Positions 42,501 through 57,500 of a DNA stretch of 64,000 nucleotides are shown here, piece after piece. The position numbers and the translations under genes were made by a program. The stretch is from contig CM082584.2 of assembly GCA_040954595.2 (NCBI GenBank), positions 4,840,110-4,904,109 on the forward strand. Direction: 5' to 3'. Source of the DNA: Balanoglossus misakiensis. Taxonomy: Eukaryota > Animalia > Hemichordata. The notes below the pieces were generated by a model. That model did no database searches. It was not told the DNA's origin and worked only from the letters and a program-made list of their open reading frames with translations. How positions within the stretch are numbered: position 1 is the first letter of the stretch; each line of letters starts with the position of its first letter.

Positions 42501-45500
42501 TATTAATCCGTGTGTGGCACCGGACTCGTAACATTACGACTCGATCGTATTAACGTTAGAAAAAAGTATATCGTCGCAGAATGTTCACATACAAACATTA
42601 ACCACAAAGAGACGTTCATATTGTACCCTGTCCGGTTGCAGCATATGCGCCATTAACCTTTCACATGACTGCGGTTTTTTGTGTACGTACCCATAAAAGT
42701 CTCTTAAGCCATAGTATTCACGTTCTGTTTTGCACTTTTCAAACAACTCTGAGTACGCCTTAGACAAGGGGGCGATGAGATCTTTCATTTCCTTAGCCGA
42801 TGTAGTGATTTGCCTAGAATTAAATTTAAATAAGCTTGTGAGTACACGAATACCCCCAAAACTAGGGTGTCCGTGAACATTACATTAATGTAAAGTTGAG
42901 ATTAAACGTTTAAGTTAAAATTCACAGTATATGTGGAAAATACTGCTATTCAACTTAACCGTACCTCGCTGTGTGCTCAATCTCTTCAGTGCTGGGAACA
43001 CCTCGTATAACAAATATACCTCTGTTCATCTTCGCAGGGTCTAGTGCCCAATTGGACATTCCTATGAATCCAACTTTCTTCCAAGGTTCAGGTTTTTCCG
43101 TCTCATCAATGCATCCAGATTCAAGCAAGGGATGTAGAGCCTACAACAAGATAAACTGACAACCTCAGAAATTGGCAACCTAAATGGTTTGGCTCGAAAA
43201 TGCATTTCAATTCACAATTGTCATATGCATGTTTGTATGCTAATTCGGTTATATGACCAATGTGAGCGATACCTGTCAAAATTAAGGAGAGCATATGCCC
43301 ACAATATGCACAAGCGCAACGTTCAATGCTGAAATGACCTCGAGAAATATACAAAATGCCCCAGAAAATGTAAAATACTACTAACACAAAATGTAACATT
43401 ACTATAACAACACAGGTGGTAGAGAACGAATGAATATGCCAGATGGCACTCAATGCTTTAAATCTGAAGCCCTACATTGGTGATTAATCATGATCATACC
43501 CATCCATAGTCTGATGTACGGTACATTATGGTCAAATATACAGTATTTACATGGCCAATTGTACAGACAAATACTAACGAAACAGTTCAGCACAGCCCAT
43601 ACAATAACGAAAAAATACAAAACAAACTCCATGAAAGAAAGAGACATGGACTTCCGGCAAGAAAGACTAGGAAGTGACGTCAGATGTTTCTCTCAAACAG
43701 TTGGGTATAAATCAACATACCTTCAGAGGCATCAGGGGTGAATCTTCTGCGAGACCAACTTCATCTAAAACTACAACGCCAATATTTCTTTCTTGGCGTT
43801 GCTTTTTCTGGAACATTGCACACTGACTGAACGTCTCAACGATATTCTGTGGTGTAGTGTGTTGACTACATTGGCAAGACCACATTTGCACCTTTTGAAA
43901 TACAACATTGTTATAAAGAGCACATCAGTCACGCAGAACACATTCATTTCACATGATCGCATTATCGAAATCGGGCATTTGCAGGTAATATTACAATATC
44001 CAATTTTATTGTTATCGTTAAAATAATTGTAATTCAATCTTACTGATTTCATTTTCCGAAAGAAAGGAGACAGCGAACCGATCCCCTTCATTTCATTGTC
44101 AACAATGACTTTCGCCAGAGATTTTGAGCTACCAGGCTTTCCGACGAGAAAGATTGGTATTCGCAATTCCAAACATATTATGACCATGAAGACGTTCTCT
44201 TTCAAGGCTTCGTTCTTGGCAATTTTTCGATTTAGTTTAATCTCATTCAAGAAAACGTCTTGGCATCTGTGGAAACAATCACAAGGAAAAACAACACCTT
44301 TCAAAAGTTCGGAAAACGTTCTCCTTAAACGCAACATAATCAACAGCTCATCTTTATAGTAAAAATCAAGCATTATCCCATATGATCGTACAGATAACGT
44401 TTTCTACATGGAAAGATATTCGACCGCTGCAGGAGGCAGAATGGTACGTTCCAGCTTTTCACATTTAAATGAATAGATGAGAGGTTTTTTACGAAATGTA
44501 TCCTACAACAACAACAACAACAACAACAACAAGAATACACTTTTCTAATGATTAATAGATAGGTTCGAAGTTAAATGGTCTGTGTGGTTTGCAATCTACC
44601 ACAACATAGTAATCTTAATACATACATACCTTTCGATTTCAGCCTTTATAGTGTCTGGTACATTTGTTAGACTGTAGGCTTTTTTGAAACAAACTGCGAT
44701 ATATTTGCGATATGCTTCACGATTCACCAAAGACGAGTGGTAACAGACACCCACGGTCAGTATTACAGCACGTATCATCCGTATCTGCTTTGCATCCTGG
44801 ACATAAGGGAAAGTGTAAATAATGATGCTTTATGCTAGGATTTATACATTTTGTAAAACAGGTTAAAGTAAAGAAGACGTTAATACTCCATAATGACGAA
44901 GAACAACTTTCGCTTAACACAAGACGTTTCCTTAATTCATTATAAACTGTCTCTTGTTCTTCATTTCGATATGTGCTTTTACAGATTTTAAAAATGTCCC
45001 TATTACACATCCAACATAGCAGCCTTCCAAATTACGCAGCATGATTGATCAGTTATATTTAAATTTAGGTTTTCTTCGATATCAAATGGGGTCAGACGCG
45101 CTCAGGCGACAGTTTCGTTCGCATTCAAATTTCCAGATGACGGGCAACTTCAACAACGTAGTCCAGACAAAGACCGTGCAGACGAAACGCCATGAGGCTG
45201 ATAAAGCACCATACCTGATACATGTTACGTGTCTGGCGGTTTTAAAGTAAAAACATACTCGGAAAAACTTTTACTGGATGTTGAAATATTGCTTGCCCGT
45301 CACCTGGAAATGACAACGCCGTGGGTCACATGGCCAGATCACGTGATTGATAGTAAAGAATTAAATGTGAGTAAAATATGCAAATGATGTCGATGTGAAA
45401 TCTCTGTAAGGTTACGTTTACTCTACAGTGAGTTGGTACCGGATAAAAATAAAGAACGCACGTTCATTCTGCAGGTATTCGGTTCAAATTCTGAGAGATC

Positions 45501-48500
45501 GTGACTGTTTCTGTCAACAACCACATAGGCATCATCACCGGGATCGGCTTTAACGAGAAAGCTTGAATTTTCACCCATTCCGGGGCCATAAATATCGTGA
45601 TTGTCATACATCCACTTGAAGACCAGAATAACCCGTTCTACATCTCGCAGGCTGACAAATCTACACTCCTCCTGCAATGACATTTACATGCAGATGATAA
45701 GCTTGGTTAGTTTGACGAAGAACAATGAAAGCCTTTTATTATTACAGTATTAGGGCATCTAAAACATGAAAATAATTTACGTCTGTTACAGTCAAAAATG
45801 ATGCTTTCACTGAAAATTAGTGTGTGGCAAGTATCACCACTTACCTTCTGAGCTCTCATGTATTGATGAGATGCGCTCAGAACATGGATCAAGAAGTCCT
45901 TCTCTGTCTCATCCAGTCTCCTTTCCTTTAGCTACAATGTGTAAGAAGCAAATTGGCCATTAAATCGATGTCCAGATTGTTTCCATGCATGAACCTCCGA
46001 AAAATAATTGTGAACACTACTTACCCTACTATTCACAATGGCGGAAATATATGACATTTCCAACGAGGCACCAAGTTCGCCGAAGTCCCATACACATGAA
46101 ATGAGACTGGGAGGTAGTTGATGCACACGGTAAACAAGATGGCGGAGGGGCGTCTCACCTACAAAGAGGTTACAATAAAAAGTAAATGTTTCTAAGCGTC
46201 TAATGACAACCACAATACGCCTTTAGGGCGCCCTTCCGAGATGATGCGAAAACGAGGCCACTAAGTCACTGAGTAAAAAGTTATCCAGTCTGCTCGTCTT
46301 GTGTATCGTCGCTATAATTGGGACCGACGTTCGACTTCACAATTTGCTGTGAGGTGATTGTACACGCAAATTGTATCATGTATACAACAAACCAGACGAG
46401 GTGGAACAGTTCTCTATAGGTTACTGGCCTCGTTTTCGCGTCGTTTGCTTGGAGATGACGCCATGTTTTGGAAGGGCACCCTCTGACGAAAAAGACGTAT
46501 AAGTATGTCATATTGCACAAACACATACCCAGCTTTTGCTTTGTGTCGTCTGCACTGACTCGAAATCCCAGCCCGGCTGCTTCCAGGTTACTGATAGCCT
46601 TTTCAGATAGCTTTTTGTACGGGTTGCAAGCAGCAACAAACTTCAGTCTCTCATTTGTCAGGCGTCTACCATTCAGCGTCCTATCCATCATAACTTCTTT
46701 TATGAGAGTGATAGCTTCAGTGGTATTGGCTTCGTCAAAAAACAGCACAGTGTCCACGTCCTTATTTTCCTCGGCCAGATGTTCTGCCTCTTCCACTTTT
46801 CTCTCGATGTCACTGAATGTGGTACCACCATGGACCTGAACAAGTACAGTTTATATGTAGCTTTCCATTCAGATATATTCCCTTAACATATTAGTCCCAT
46901 ACAAACTTCTAGTAGTGTTTGTTCAGTAGAGGAGTTTTAGAAACTAGTACAGCTCAAAATCATTAGGCTTAGTCTGGTCCACACCCCCAAAAGAATGTTC
47001 CTATATGTTATATAATATTGCAACATTGAGTCAACTTGTCACCAAAGGCACTTACATATACAAAACTACATTATGCAATTAGAATTTGCAACTGAGGTTT
47101 TAATCAGTAGATTGGCAAACTTGTCAAAATTTTATATCTATACAAGTGACCTATCGGTCAAAAGAGCTCTGCTGACTTTAACAGTCAGTGTAACCTGGGC
47201 AATGATATGAATACCCTAGGTTTTAATTCATAACAGTTGTATTCTATTGAACAAAACCAAACATAGACATCACAACATCAAAAGGAAGCACCAAGGTTCT
47301 AATTTGCATATTCATGACCCCATCAAAATTCCAATTAACAAAATCAGGTTGGGGCACCATAACACACATTCCTACCAAATGTCAGCTCCATCGTACATGT
47401 AGTTAGGGAGAAGAAGATTTTTTACCGAAAATTCTATTTTTAGATCTAATTTGCATATTTATGACACGATCATATCCAAATTAACAAAATCAGGTAGGGG
47501 CACCATAACACACATTCCTACCAAATTTCAGCTCCGTCGTAGATGTAGTTAGGGAGAAGAAGATTTTTTACCAAAGATTCTATTTTTAGATCTAATTTGC
47601 ATATTCATGACCCGATCATATCCAAATTAACAAAATCAGGTAGGGACACCATAACACACATTCCTACCAAATTTCAGCTCCATCGTACATGTAGTTAGGG
47701 AGAAGAAGATTTTTTACCGAAAATTATATTTTTAGATCTAATTTGCATATTTATGACCCCATCATATCCAAATTAACAAAATCAGGAAGGGGCACCATAA
47801 CACACATTTCTACCAAATGTCAGCTCCATCGTACATGTAATTAGGAAGAAGAAGATTTTTTACAAAAAATTCTATTTTTAGATCTAATTTACATATTTAT
47901 GACCCCATCATATCCAAATTAACAAAATCAGGAAGGGGCACCATAACACACATTCCAACCAAATTTCAGCTAAATATGCCAAGTAGTTTTAAAGAAGAAG
48001 ATTGAAATACCAAAAGTTGACGGACGACGGACGACGGACGGACACTTCTCAACCTACTGCTACAGCTCGGCTGACACAAGTGACAGCAGAGCTAAAAATG
48101 TGATAAAATAGCTTCTTGATTTTGTGACTACAGACATCTTGAAACGTGTGTAATATTTAGGGGTTATTACACGGATTTTGGTCGATAACGCGTCGTATTC
48201 GAGTGTGTCCGTATTTTGACGAGTTGCGCTTCGCAACGAGTCAAAATACGGACATCACGAGAATGCGTCGCGTTATCGACCAAAATCCGTGTAATAACCC
48301 CTTTATCATACATGCCTACCTATAAAACAGTACGATTTGCGAAAATGCGCCGAGAAAAACAATTTCAAATTTGAACCGGGCGCTGGGATCACGGCAGTAG
48401 CCATGTTGTGACGTAGGCGTGTGGGCCGTAGTATCATTTTAAGGGGGTTGGCAGCTTTCATTACGATGGGCACATCCGCATTCTAAATAAAATTGTCTAC

Positions 48501-51500
48501 GTTCTCTTTCAAAATATCATGTTAACAATTATTTTGCATTGAGAATTTCGAAGAACTAAAAATGATGCATTCAACATGACAAAACCGCCAGCTTTGAAAA
48601 CTTTATTACAGCTTCTAATAACCGAATTTTACAACACCCCTCTCCACTAGAGTCCTATGCCCCGTGTGTCGCTCGCGCGCGCAGCGAACTGTCGCGCCGA
48701 GACGCGGACGCGATATTTTCACATTGTGAAATACCGTAAAATATCTTCGGGGCGAGAACAATAGAAAGTGTTAAATACAGGCGTTGCATGTATTAGAAGC
48801 TGTAATAAAGTTTTCAAAGCTGGCGGTTTTGTCATGTTGAATGCATCATTTTTAGTTCTTCGAAATTCTCAATGCAAAATAATTGTTTACATGATATTTT
48901 GAAAGAGAACGTAGAAAATTTTATTTAGAATGCGGATGTGTCCATCGTAATGAAAGCTGCCAACCCCCTTAAAATGATACTACGGCCCACACGTTATACG
49001 TCACAACATGGCTACTGCCGTGATCCCAGCGCCCGGTTCAAATTTGAAACTGTTTTTCTCGGCGCATTTTCGCAAATCGTACTGTTTTATAGGTAGGCAT
49101 GTATGATAAAGGGGTTATTATTCTCGTGATGTCCGTATTTTTGACTCGTTGCGAAGCGCAACTCGTCAAAATACGGACATCACTCGAATACGACGCGTTA
49201 TCGACCAAAATTCGTGTAATAACCTCTAAACATCGAATGGAGAATGAAAATACCTTCAGAACTATGAAATTTGATATGGATTCCTTGCCGGCCATCATAT
49301 TACACAGATACTCAACAAGGCGAGTTTTCCCGCATCCTGTTTCTCCCATGATAACAACTGGTATACCACACCTGTATATGAATTAACTTTTTTTTTATTT
49401 GCACAAAAATAAACCAGGTGTTCTGTCCCTGATGGCAGGACAGTTCTTTTAGAAAAGATAAAAAGAATAACGCTTATATAATCATATAGCACTGTTAAAG
49501 TCTTGCATATTGTTGCTGTGTATAGGGTACTGTGTCCTTAATAATCTCAGATAGTACAATAAACGTATATAAAACAAACTGAACTAAATAAGCAAATCTT
49601 GAAGTCAAACTAACAGCAGTACTCATGACGCACAAGTCCTAAAACATAAAAGAACACAGATAAACGCATATTACTATGTAAGCATTCATTCTAGTCTATT
49701 TGAACCACTATCACTATCAATTGTCTTGTGTCTATATAACACTGCACAAGATTATGTGCGACTTGTTCTTTCCAGAAAAGTACTATTTCGCTAAAATATA
49801 AGCTTACAGACCTGAATCTCATAAGTATAGCAATCATCTTTGTTACTGAGTCTGTAGTCAGCTGGTAAGTGTCGTCTGGATCGTATGCCGCGTTTAAGCT
49901 GAGTACACGGCGCATGTGTTCTAGTTGTTCAGCGCTATCAGTTCATATGTAAAGAAAATAAAACTCATTTAACAAGATTCCATGCATGCATTTGGAAACA
50001 ACAGTAATAAAACATGCTGCCGAACATATATATCACAGATTATTGTTGAGATAGTTTTGTGTTCGGATAATCGCAGGTCTGATCTCCAGGCTTGGTTTGC
50101 CACTCGACATATTGTATAACTGATATCTCTCGACTCGGAGATATCACGTCACGACTGTAATTGGTACATGGATCTAAGACAACTGTACTTTACCGGGATA
50201 GATTATTGAAATCTCCTTCAACATTCACATTGTTGCTCTTCAGTGCGTCCCTAGTTCTAAAATGCATACGCAGATCAGGGACAGTCACTGCTGGATTTGA
50301 ACAACTGACGACGGTACCATCTGGTAGTACGTTGAAACCATGGAAAATGAGTGCTTCGCCAACTTCATCAAATATGATGTATGGATGCAAGCTGCAATTG
50401 AAGGAAAAGTGAATGTTAACAATTTTAAGATGAAGATGAGGAATGCTAAGTTACATGTATCTATAATAAATAGATGTGAACAAGTACACATGAAAGTGTA
50501 AGCCTTATTATAAAAATCAAAACCAACATACTCTTTTTCCCATTGACGACGAGGCATGTACTGCTGAACAGTATCCACTTCCCCATCAGGTACACCACAG
50601 TCTCTAAAACTGGTGTCTGATATGGAAATACTTGGAGTTGCAAAATCCTGAAATGAAAAGAGACAATTAACGGTTAAGTAAGTAAAGGTCAGCGTTCATA
50701 GAGCTGTGCATTAAGTATTTTTGTCGGCATGTTGGTTAATACGTCGACATGGTATTTCAAAGTGTGTAAGGCAGTGCATAAAATTCATTTTGTTCTGCTC
50801 ATTAGGTCATCTACATGTAAATGGTATTTAAATGGACATGTATGTTACTATGTAAACAGTCGCTGTAAGTGCATGTTACCTGTGACAAGAAGAGCTGGGA
50901 CGTCATGACCCAAAATCTAAAACCAGGAAGGTCTTCCTTTAGACTTGGATCACAAAAGGGGTTTGTTTCCCAGTTGCTGAGCTGGTAATCAAAAAACCTG
51001 ACGAACTGGCCGATAACAGACCAGGATGGGTTGTGGGAACCTGTGTACCTGTAGCGAACGTACATGAACATGAAATTTTACCGATAGCTCCTTAGCCATT
51101 GGTCATTTGTATATTCAGACACTCCCACAACTATCAATCCTAACCCTGACTGAAGAGTAGAAGCAGCTGTGGCAAGTATCCAAAGATAACTATCTTAACA
51201 GCCCCAAGTACATTGAACAACATTAGCTATTTCAAATGTGATGTGCATTTGGTGCGGTGATTGTGAGCGCGGACCTTCTTGCTATGTTAATTCGAATTGG
51301 ATAAATTACCAGTTGGTTTACGTGGATTTAAAAAAAATTAAATGTTCTGCTTTTCTATACCTGCAACTAATTTTACAAGTTGTTTGCTCTTAAAACAACT
51401 TTTGCCCGAGCTATCTGAAAGTTTTTATGATGCCAGGAATTCTTTTCTGTGGCCAACTTACTTAAGAATGACCTCTAGGTTAGTCCTGGCCATGTGGTTG

Positions 51501-54500
51501 TCGATAGTGGTCAGTTTAAAGGTCGGGCCAACCCTCTCCTGCATCGTTCGTTTCCGGTGGAAGATTTTTTGAAGCTTGTCCTTCAAACCCCGAGATCGCC
51601 TTTCTTGTTCGATTAGAGGTAATTGATCCTGCGTCTGATAATAGTCCAGATAGTAGCACACACGTTGGAACGGTTCACTTGCGAACCTTTCGAGAACTAT
51701 TCCTTGAACATCTTCACCTGCAAAAGTAAATAAGAAGTATCTTGCTACAGATTGGGTCAGGTTGGAATATGCGATTATAGCACCTGTTAGAAATGACCAT
51801 TCTATTCCACATAAATAAAATACCACATTTGGCAAGTTCTGATGACTAGCTCAATAGAACACTCACCACAGCCCCACACAGCATAACAAATACAACTAAA
51901 AAGTATAACATGCCTCAAAGTCAAATTAAATATGTGAGAGGATGTAGGGACTCTAGCAAAACGGCCAAGAAGTGATGTCAGCCTTGTTATAGGTATTTCT
52001 AAAATAGTGACAGCATCCTCTCTCATATAGAACCTGCATTCTAACGAATCCTTTGCCTATAAGAGATGCTTGTGTACCAGCTCATGGCAGCCTCCAAAAC
52101 GATCACTGCCAACAGTGATATTGATTTATGTTTGCATGGAAGTGATGCGCACTCAAGATCATTGGGACATAACATCGAAGAACCTCACCGCTATCACTCT
52201 GTGGTTTTCCAACATACTCCAGTGCTTCAAGTGGTGACAGACAGTTTGTTGTTGGCAAAAAATCGAGAGATGCTGCTTGTCCATCAACCTGTTTCTGAAA
52301 TATAATTGAAAGATATTGTTAATCACAAATCTATCACATATCTTCCCCTAAAGATTCTTGCACATTGATATTAACGCTTTCAAACAAGACGTTATGTTAA
52401 TGATGACAAAAAGCTCAAATAAAATGTTTATAAAGTAAGAAAGTGCAAAACTAAAACAAGTCTTGTTGCACATGGCTAGTAAACTACTTCAAACAAGATG
52501 TTCAACGAATGCATGAAACTTAAATAGAAAAGGAAAATAGTCCAACTTACCATTTGGGGAAGTGTAGTTTCGATGATATACAAATCCCTTTGTCTTCTTC
52601 TCCATACTCTGCCTGTGTTATCCGTTATGCATTTCAGAACAGCAAGGTTGAACATAAATTCTGATAATCCTTGTCTCACCTCAATATGATAAAAATAAAC
52701 CAAACCAATTTAAGAATTATTCAAATCTATGCATGCATTACACTAAATCTTGGAATTGGCGATCAAGGAGACACGTTTACAAGCCAACAGCGCTAGGCAA
52801 ACGTTAAATTTGACATATAATATATCCAATATATTTCTAAATGGTACATACGAGTGGTGAAATGTCGATATGAAAGATTCGCGGCGGTCTGTCAGTACCC
52901 TGGTCACTTTCCACTAGTTTCTTTGCAACTAGACTGGAATCCAATTTTCGTGTGTGAACAGGTATCTTCATGTACACATCACTTTCGGGGTATCTGCTCT
53001 TCAGAGCTTTCTCCACGAATAGAGTCTTTCCATTTCCTGGCATTGTGGAGTTGACCACTCGCAGGGACATTCTGATATAGAGTGAAAAGGAAAATACATG
53101 CAACGTAATTTCTGATCATTTGAAAGATTAGTATATAATTTACAGGTGGTTAATGTCATTGCATCCAGCCAACAGCATGAAGCATAAAATCAAGTACATA
53201 CCTTTGGGGATGACAGGAATTGTCGTTGTCTTCAGAGAGAAATGAATCCATGTGTTTGCGCAGTTCCATGTCCGATATGATCTCCAGTTGCTTTATATCT
53301 TTGTATTCACTTCCAAACGACGCAACAAGCTCATGAATGTTCTTAACCTCTGAGCATATGATCGCAACACGGAAGCCTGAAAATAAAGCTAACATATTAT
53401 GCCTTTGAAAAGATCTGTCAAACATGAAATACCAATGACAAAATCATTCACGCGCACGGTATTGTATAAACACAAACATATAGTATCTTCAATAATAAGT
53501 TCAAATTTATTGCATAGAAACCGTCATGTTCATGATACTTACTTCTTCGTCCCTGAGAATAGAAATGAAATTTCTCAATAGCATGCTGACGTATGTGACT
53601 CTGTAACAATTCTGGACGAAATAAACATTGCATTCTTTGGGAACTGCCATTTGTCAGGGCTCGTCTCCAAAACAAGTCGACCTGCAGGTTTGGTGAAAGT
53701 TGCATAAGGAAATCAATTTATGATAAAATAAAACAACTGAAAATGTACGGATGGATCGAATGAATGTGCATCATCACATAGTACCAAATTGTTTCAATTG
53801 TATGGGCTTTGGGGTTCTAACCTCACTGTTGATTGTCAGTTTATCTGTATTAAGAAAGGTAACGTCCATACTAAACAATGGTATGATGTTTGAAATTACT
53901 TACGTCCTCGGTAGTTGTATCTTGTGAACATATTAGTACATCGCCGGCCTCGGGTGGGCAGAGTTTGCCTTGATGGCAGTACAGAGAGGTACAAGCTCTA
54001 AATGCACAGCCTATAAAAGGAGTTAGTGCTTTAATGAAAAAGTACATGCAAATCATTCAATAAGTGATCTAGCTGCAACAACCATGCCAATATTAATGCC
54101 ATGCGTGGAGCCTTTCTTTGAAAGGGGATGCTGCATCTGTTCATTCTGAGTGTTTAGAGCTAGGAGAAGTTTAAGATTACGCATTTGAATATCAATGTGA
54201 TCTATACATGTTTCTTGCCAGAATAACCAAACCTGTACATAATTAGAAATATGCTATGGTGAATGTATTTCTGAAGTCTTGGGATATCCGGGTATATGTG
54301 ACACACAATATTAATTGAAACGTCGCATTTTTGGCATCCATGGTTCATAATAGATCAAAGATCTGAAGATAGTGATTACAGATTCAGTTAACCCAATATT
54401 AGTCAGTTACTCTTCATCACAAAGAATTTACAGTATACTTACTGACTGATGACTTGTAAAAGTTCAACTGACCAGTTTCAGCATCATGAGAGATTGGTAA

Positions 54501-57500
54501 GGGGGGAGCTCTACTAACACCCGAGGACTCTGGTACACATGAAAGACAACACAGATCAATAAACAATGTACTCTAATTATGTCAAAAGGCAGAATTTATC
54601 GGCCATTTAGTTCTGAGAAAGCATTACTGAGATATCGAAATTGTGTAAGGCTGGATTCATGAGAAATGTGTATCTGAAGTTGGGACCATATGACAGTTAA
54701 ATGTATATAAAAAAAATCTCTGAGGACATGCACATGTTATTTTCACTGGCAAAAAATCTTTCCAACTTTGTACTGTATATTGTCTGTTATCACAGTTCAT
54801 GAAAAAATTGTGCCTAATACACTTGTTTTCCTAATGTTTCCTTAATGCAGACTAGAGTTGTTATCTGTCGTGATAGGCTTACCTTCCTGTCTAAGGTGAT
54901 CAAGCAACAGTCCCAGTAATTCAATACTAATGTGATCTGTACATGTTGTTTCTTCCATTGTGGTTTGATTTACTTGGTATCGCAGCCAACGCTCCTGTAG
55001 TCGTTTAACTAAACTGCTATTGGAAGGAGCAAAAACTATTTCTAAATTGCATGTTCTTTGTATTAATCTGTCTTGGCCCAGAATATTTTGGTCTTGTTAT
55101 TTGGTTATCTTGTGCAATTGAATGTACCAGGATGATGTTGGATCGCGTTCGTAAATTTTGAAAGTTATAAGGTATGTATATGTCAAATATCAACGTTGCA
55201 TTGTTTAGGATAACTTTCAATCCTACATGTACCACAGTATCGTGAACAGTTGTGTGAAATCTATTCATACATTCCTCAGAACTAAAACGTGCGCGTACAT
55301 GTCATAATGGCTTCGCTACGTTTCACAAATTAATGATCTGGCGTGTCCAACGGACTAGTCATGACGGGTGGACAAAGTTAATTACACAAGCCCACACAAC
55401 CAGGTGAATGGACGAATTAGCTGATGTTCACTTACATGTATGCCAGTCCTCTAATAAGCTTTGACAAACTGTAAGCGTATGCAAACATGTACATCATCCT
55501 GTATTACCTTATAAATAACAGTGAAATATTAAAAGTCTATGACTACAGATTTTAGCTTATAAGTGAAAATTACAACAGTCTGTATATATAATTATAGCCC
55601 TGTCTGTTTGTCATTAATGATTTACGTCATTACCTGTCATATTGTCCATCTCCGCCAGCCCGTGCACTTTTCCTAATGGCATCTGTCAGGGCAGAACCAC
55701 AGTCTATATCAGTGACATCAGCGAATGCAGTTTTCTTAAACTTTTGGTACATCTCCTCGACTTCTTCTTTGCAACCGTCAGCATGCTTGATGCACCATTC
55801 TATCCCCAAGTCTTGGTCTCCCTCACATGCCTGGAAGGACGCCTTGGCTATCATCTCTGTGACACCATCAAACTGCGTCACATGTTTCATGTATGCATCG
55901 AATTCTTCTAGATTTATACCGGACCCCTGTGAATGCGATCTGACAAGAGCACTCCTTTTGGCGCTATGTATGCATCTACTGATGGCATCAACAAGATAGT
56001 AATTGTTGACTTTGCTTACAACCAGCCGCAACAATTCATGGGTGTCGTGCGGAATTGGACAATCACGTGCATTGTTCTGTTGTGGCAACATGCATGCCAG
56101 CTGTCCTCTGATCAGGTTTATCTGTTTAATGGTGTAGTTATTGAGATCTGGGTGATCAAGACGAGCCTTCTTTACGATTGATTTCCACTGCTCTGTGCAA
56201 TCCTCCAGAAATTTACCTATTTCTGGGAGTACTTTTAGTGGATCTCCATCAAATGTGTATGGGTCAGATTGGCCTACAGAAATGGTAACAGAATGGTCGC
56301 CTTCAGGCCTGTCACCACAGTATATATCTGCTTCCCACTGGGTGAAGTAAAGGTCACCAGCATCTGCCAGCTTTGCTACGTTACGAGTCATTCGCATGAC
56401 CTCTTCTATCATCTGAACATAAAGAGGGAATGATAGGAAGGAAATTGTCATGTTATCAATGTTTTAATGTAAAGCACATCGAATACACGCTTTCCAATTA
56501 CAACAAATGTATATTATAACATGATACAATGGTATTACATGTATGTATAATTAGGGATGTGCGCTTGGGGAGGCTAGGGATACTGTACCCGGGACGAGCT
56601 AGCCAAGACATGCCGACTGGACGGTGGTCTGTTAAATGAGTGTTAGTTTTATGCCACGTATGCTTGAAAGGAGATTTAATGTGGTGATCACAGTCGACCC
56701 TGTCGTTTTCCTTCGGTGTTGTGGCATGTCATATATTAAGTTTAATGTGAGGATAGTATAGTTACACACTGTGCAGGTATTCAACTTACGAGGAGGAACT
56801 TGTCGACTTCTTTGCTTTTAAACGGTGTATCTGCCTTCTTAGAAAGCAACATCACTCTACTGCTGAGGTTGTTGAGATCATTCAAGGACCACTTTTGCAC
56901 AGCTCTGTCGTCTCCACTTCCGTGTTTACCACTCACGGTATCCACTACTTCAAGTCGAATGTGCTCCTCCAAGCCTTCATCAAGGGAAGTGGGTGCTGTT
57001 GTCTTAAAACGACCACACTTGTTGATTACCTCAACCTGCTCGAAGCACTTGATTTGAGAATGGTCAAGCACCTCAAGACGATTCATCAACCAGTCTTGCT
57101 GATTTCTACTACTCACCTTCAGTCGAAAACACAAAAAAGTTTTATCAATTTAGTAAATGACAGGTGGGCACTTCAGTAACCTGTCAGTATTAAAGTAAGT
57201 CATTATATTCTAAAGATGAGTAAGTGTGATGCAAAAATGCTGATGAAAATTGACAGGGATAGCAGTGAAAGTATCAGCAAGAAAATTGTAATACCATTGC
57301 ATGGAATGATGAAACATATAATACTAATTTAATAATAATAATATATACACACAATGGGGTAACAAATCACATTCCATATTGAATGATACAACCTTAGAGT
57401 GATGTCTATTGTGTAACTCACATTACTTTTAATCAAGATGTGATATTAATATCATTTTTGTACAGTAATCAAAATGCAGTAAAATATTATCACAGCGAAC

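Larger units (their letters stand above)
46529..49371 (-). other. AAA3 catalytic motifs: Walker A MGETGCGKT (exon 49254-49371) and Walker B FFDEANTT (exon 46529-46835)
   Basis: Direct translation; canonical Lys and Asp-Glu intact. Confidence 0.92.

Noticed and set aside
47299-48003. Regularly spaced repeats as a possible CRISPR array
   Set aside because: Whole 146-bp units repeat with no unique spacers, there are no cas genes, and the context is a eukaryotic intron.
50120-50146. Small hairpin GATATCTCTCGACTCGGAGATATC as a sixth member of the hairpin family
   Set aside because: It is too short and lacks the body IR, so it was not counted.
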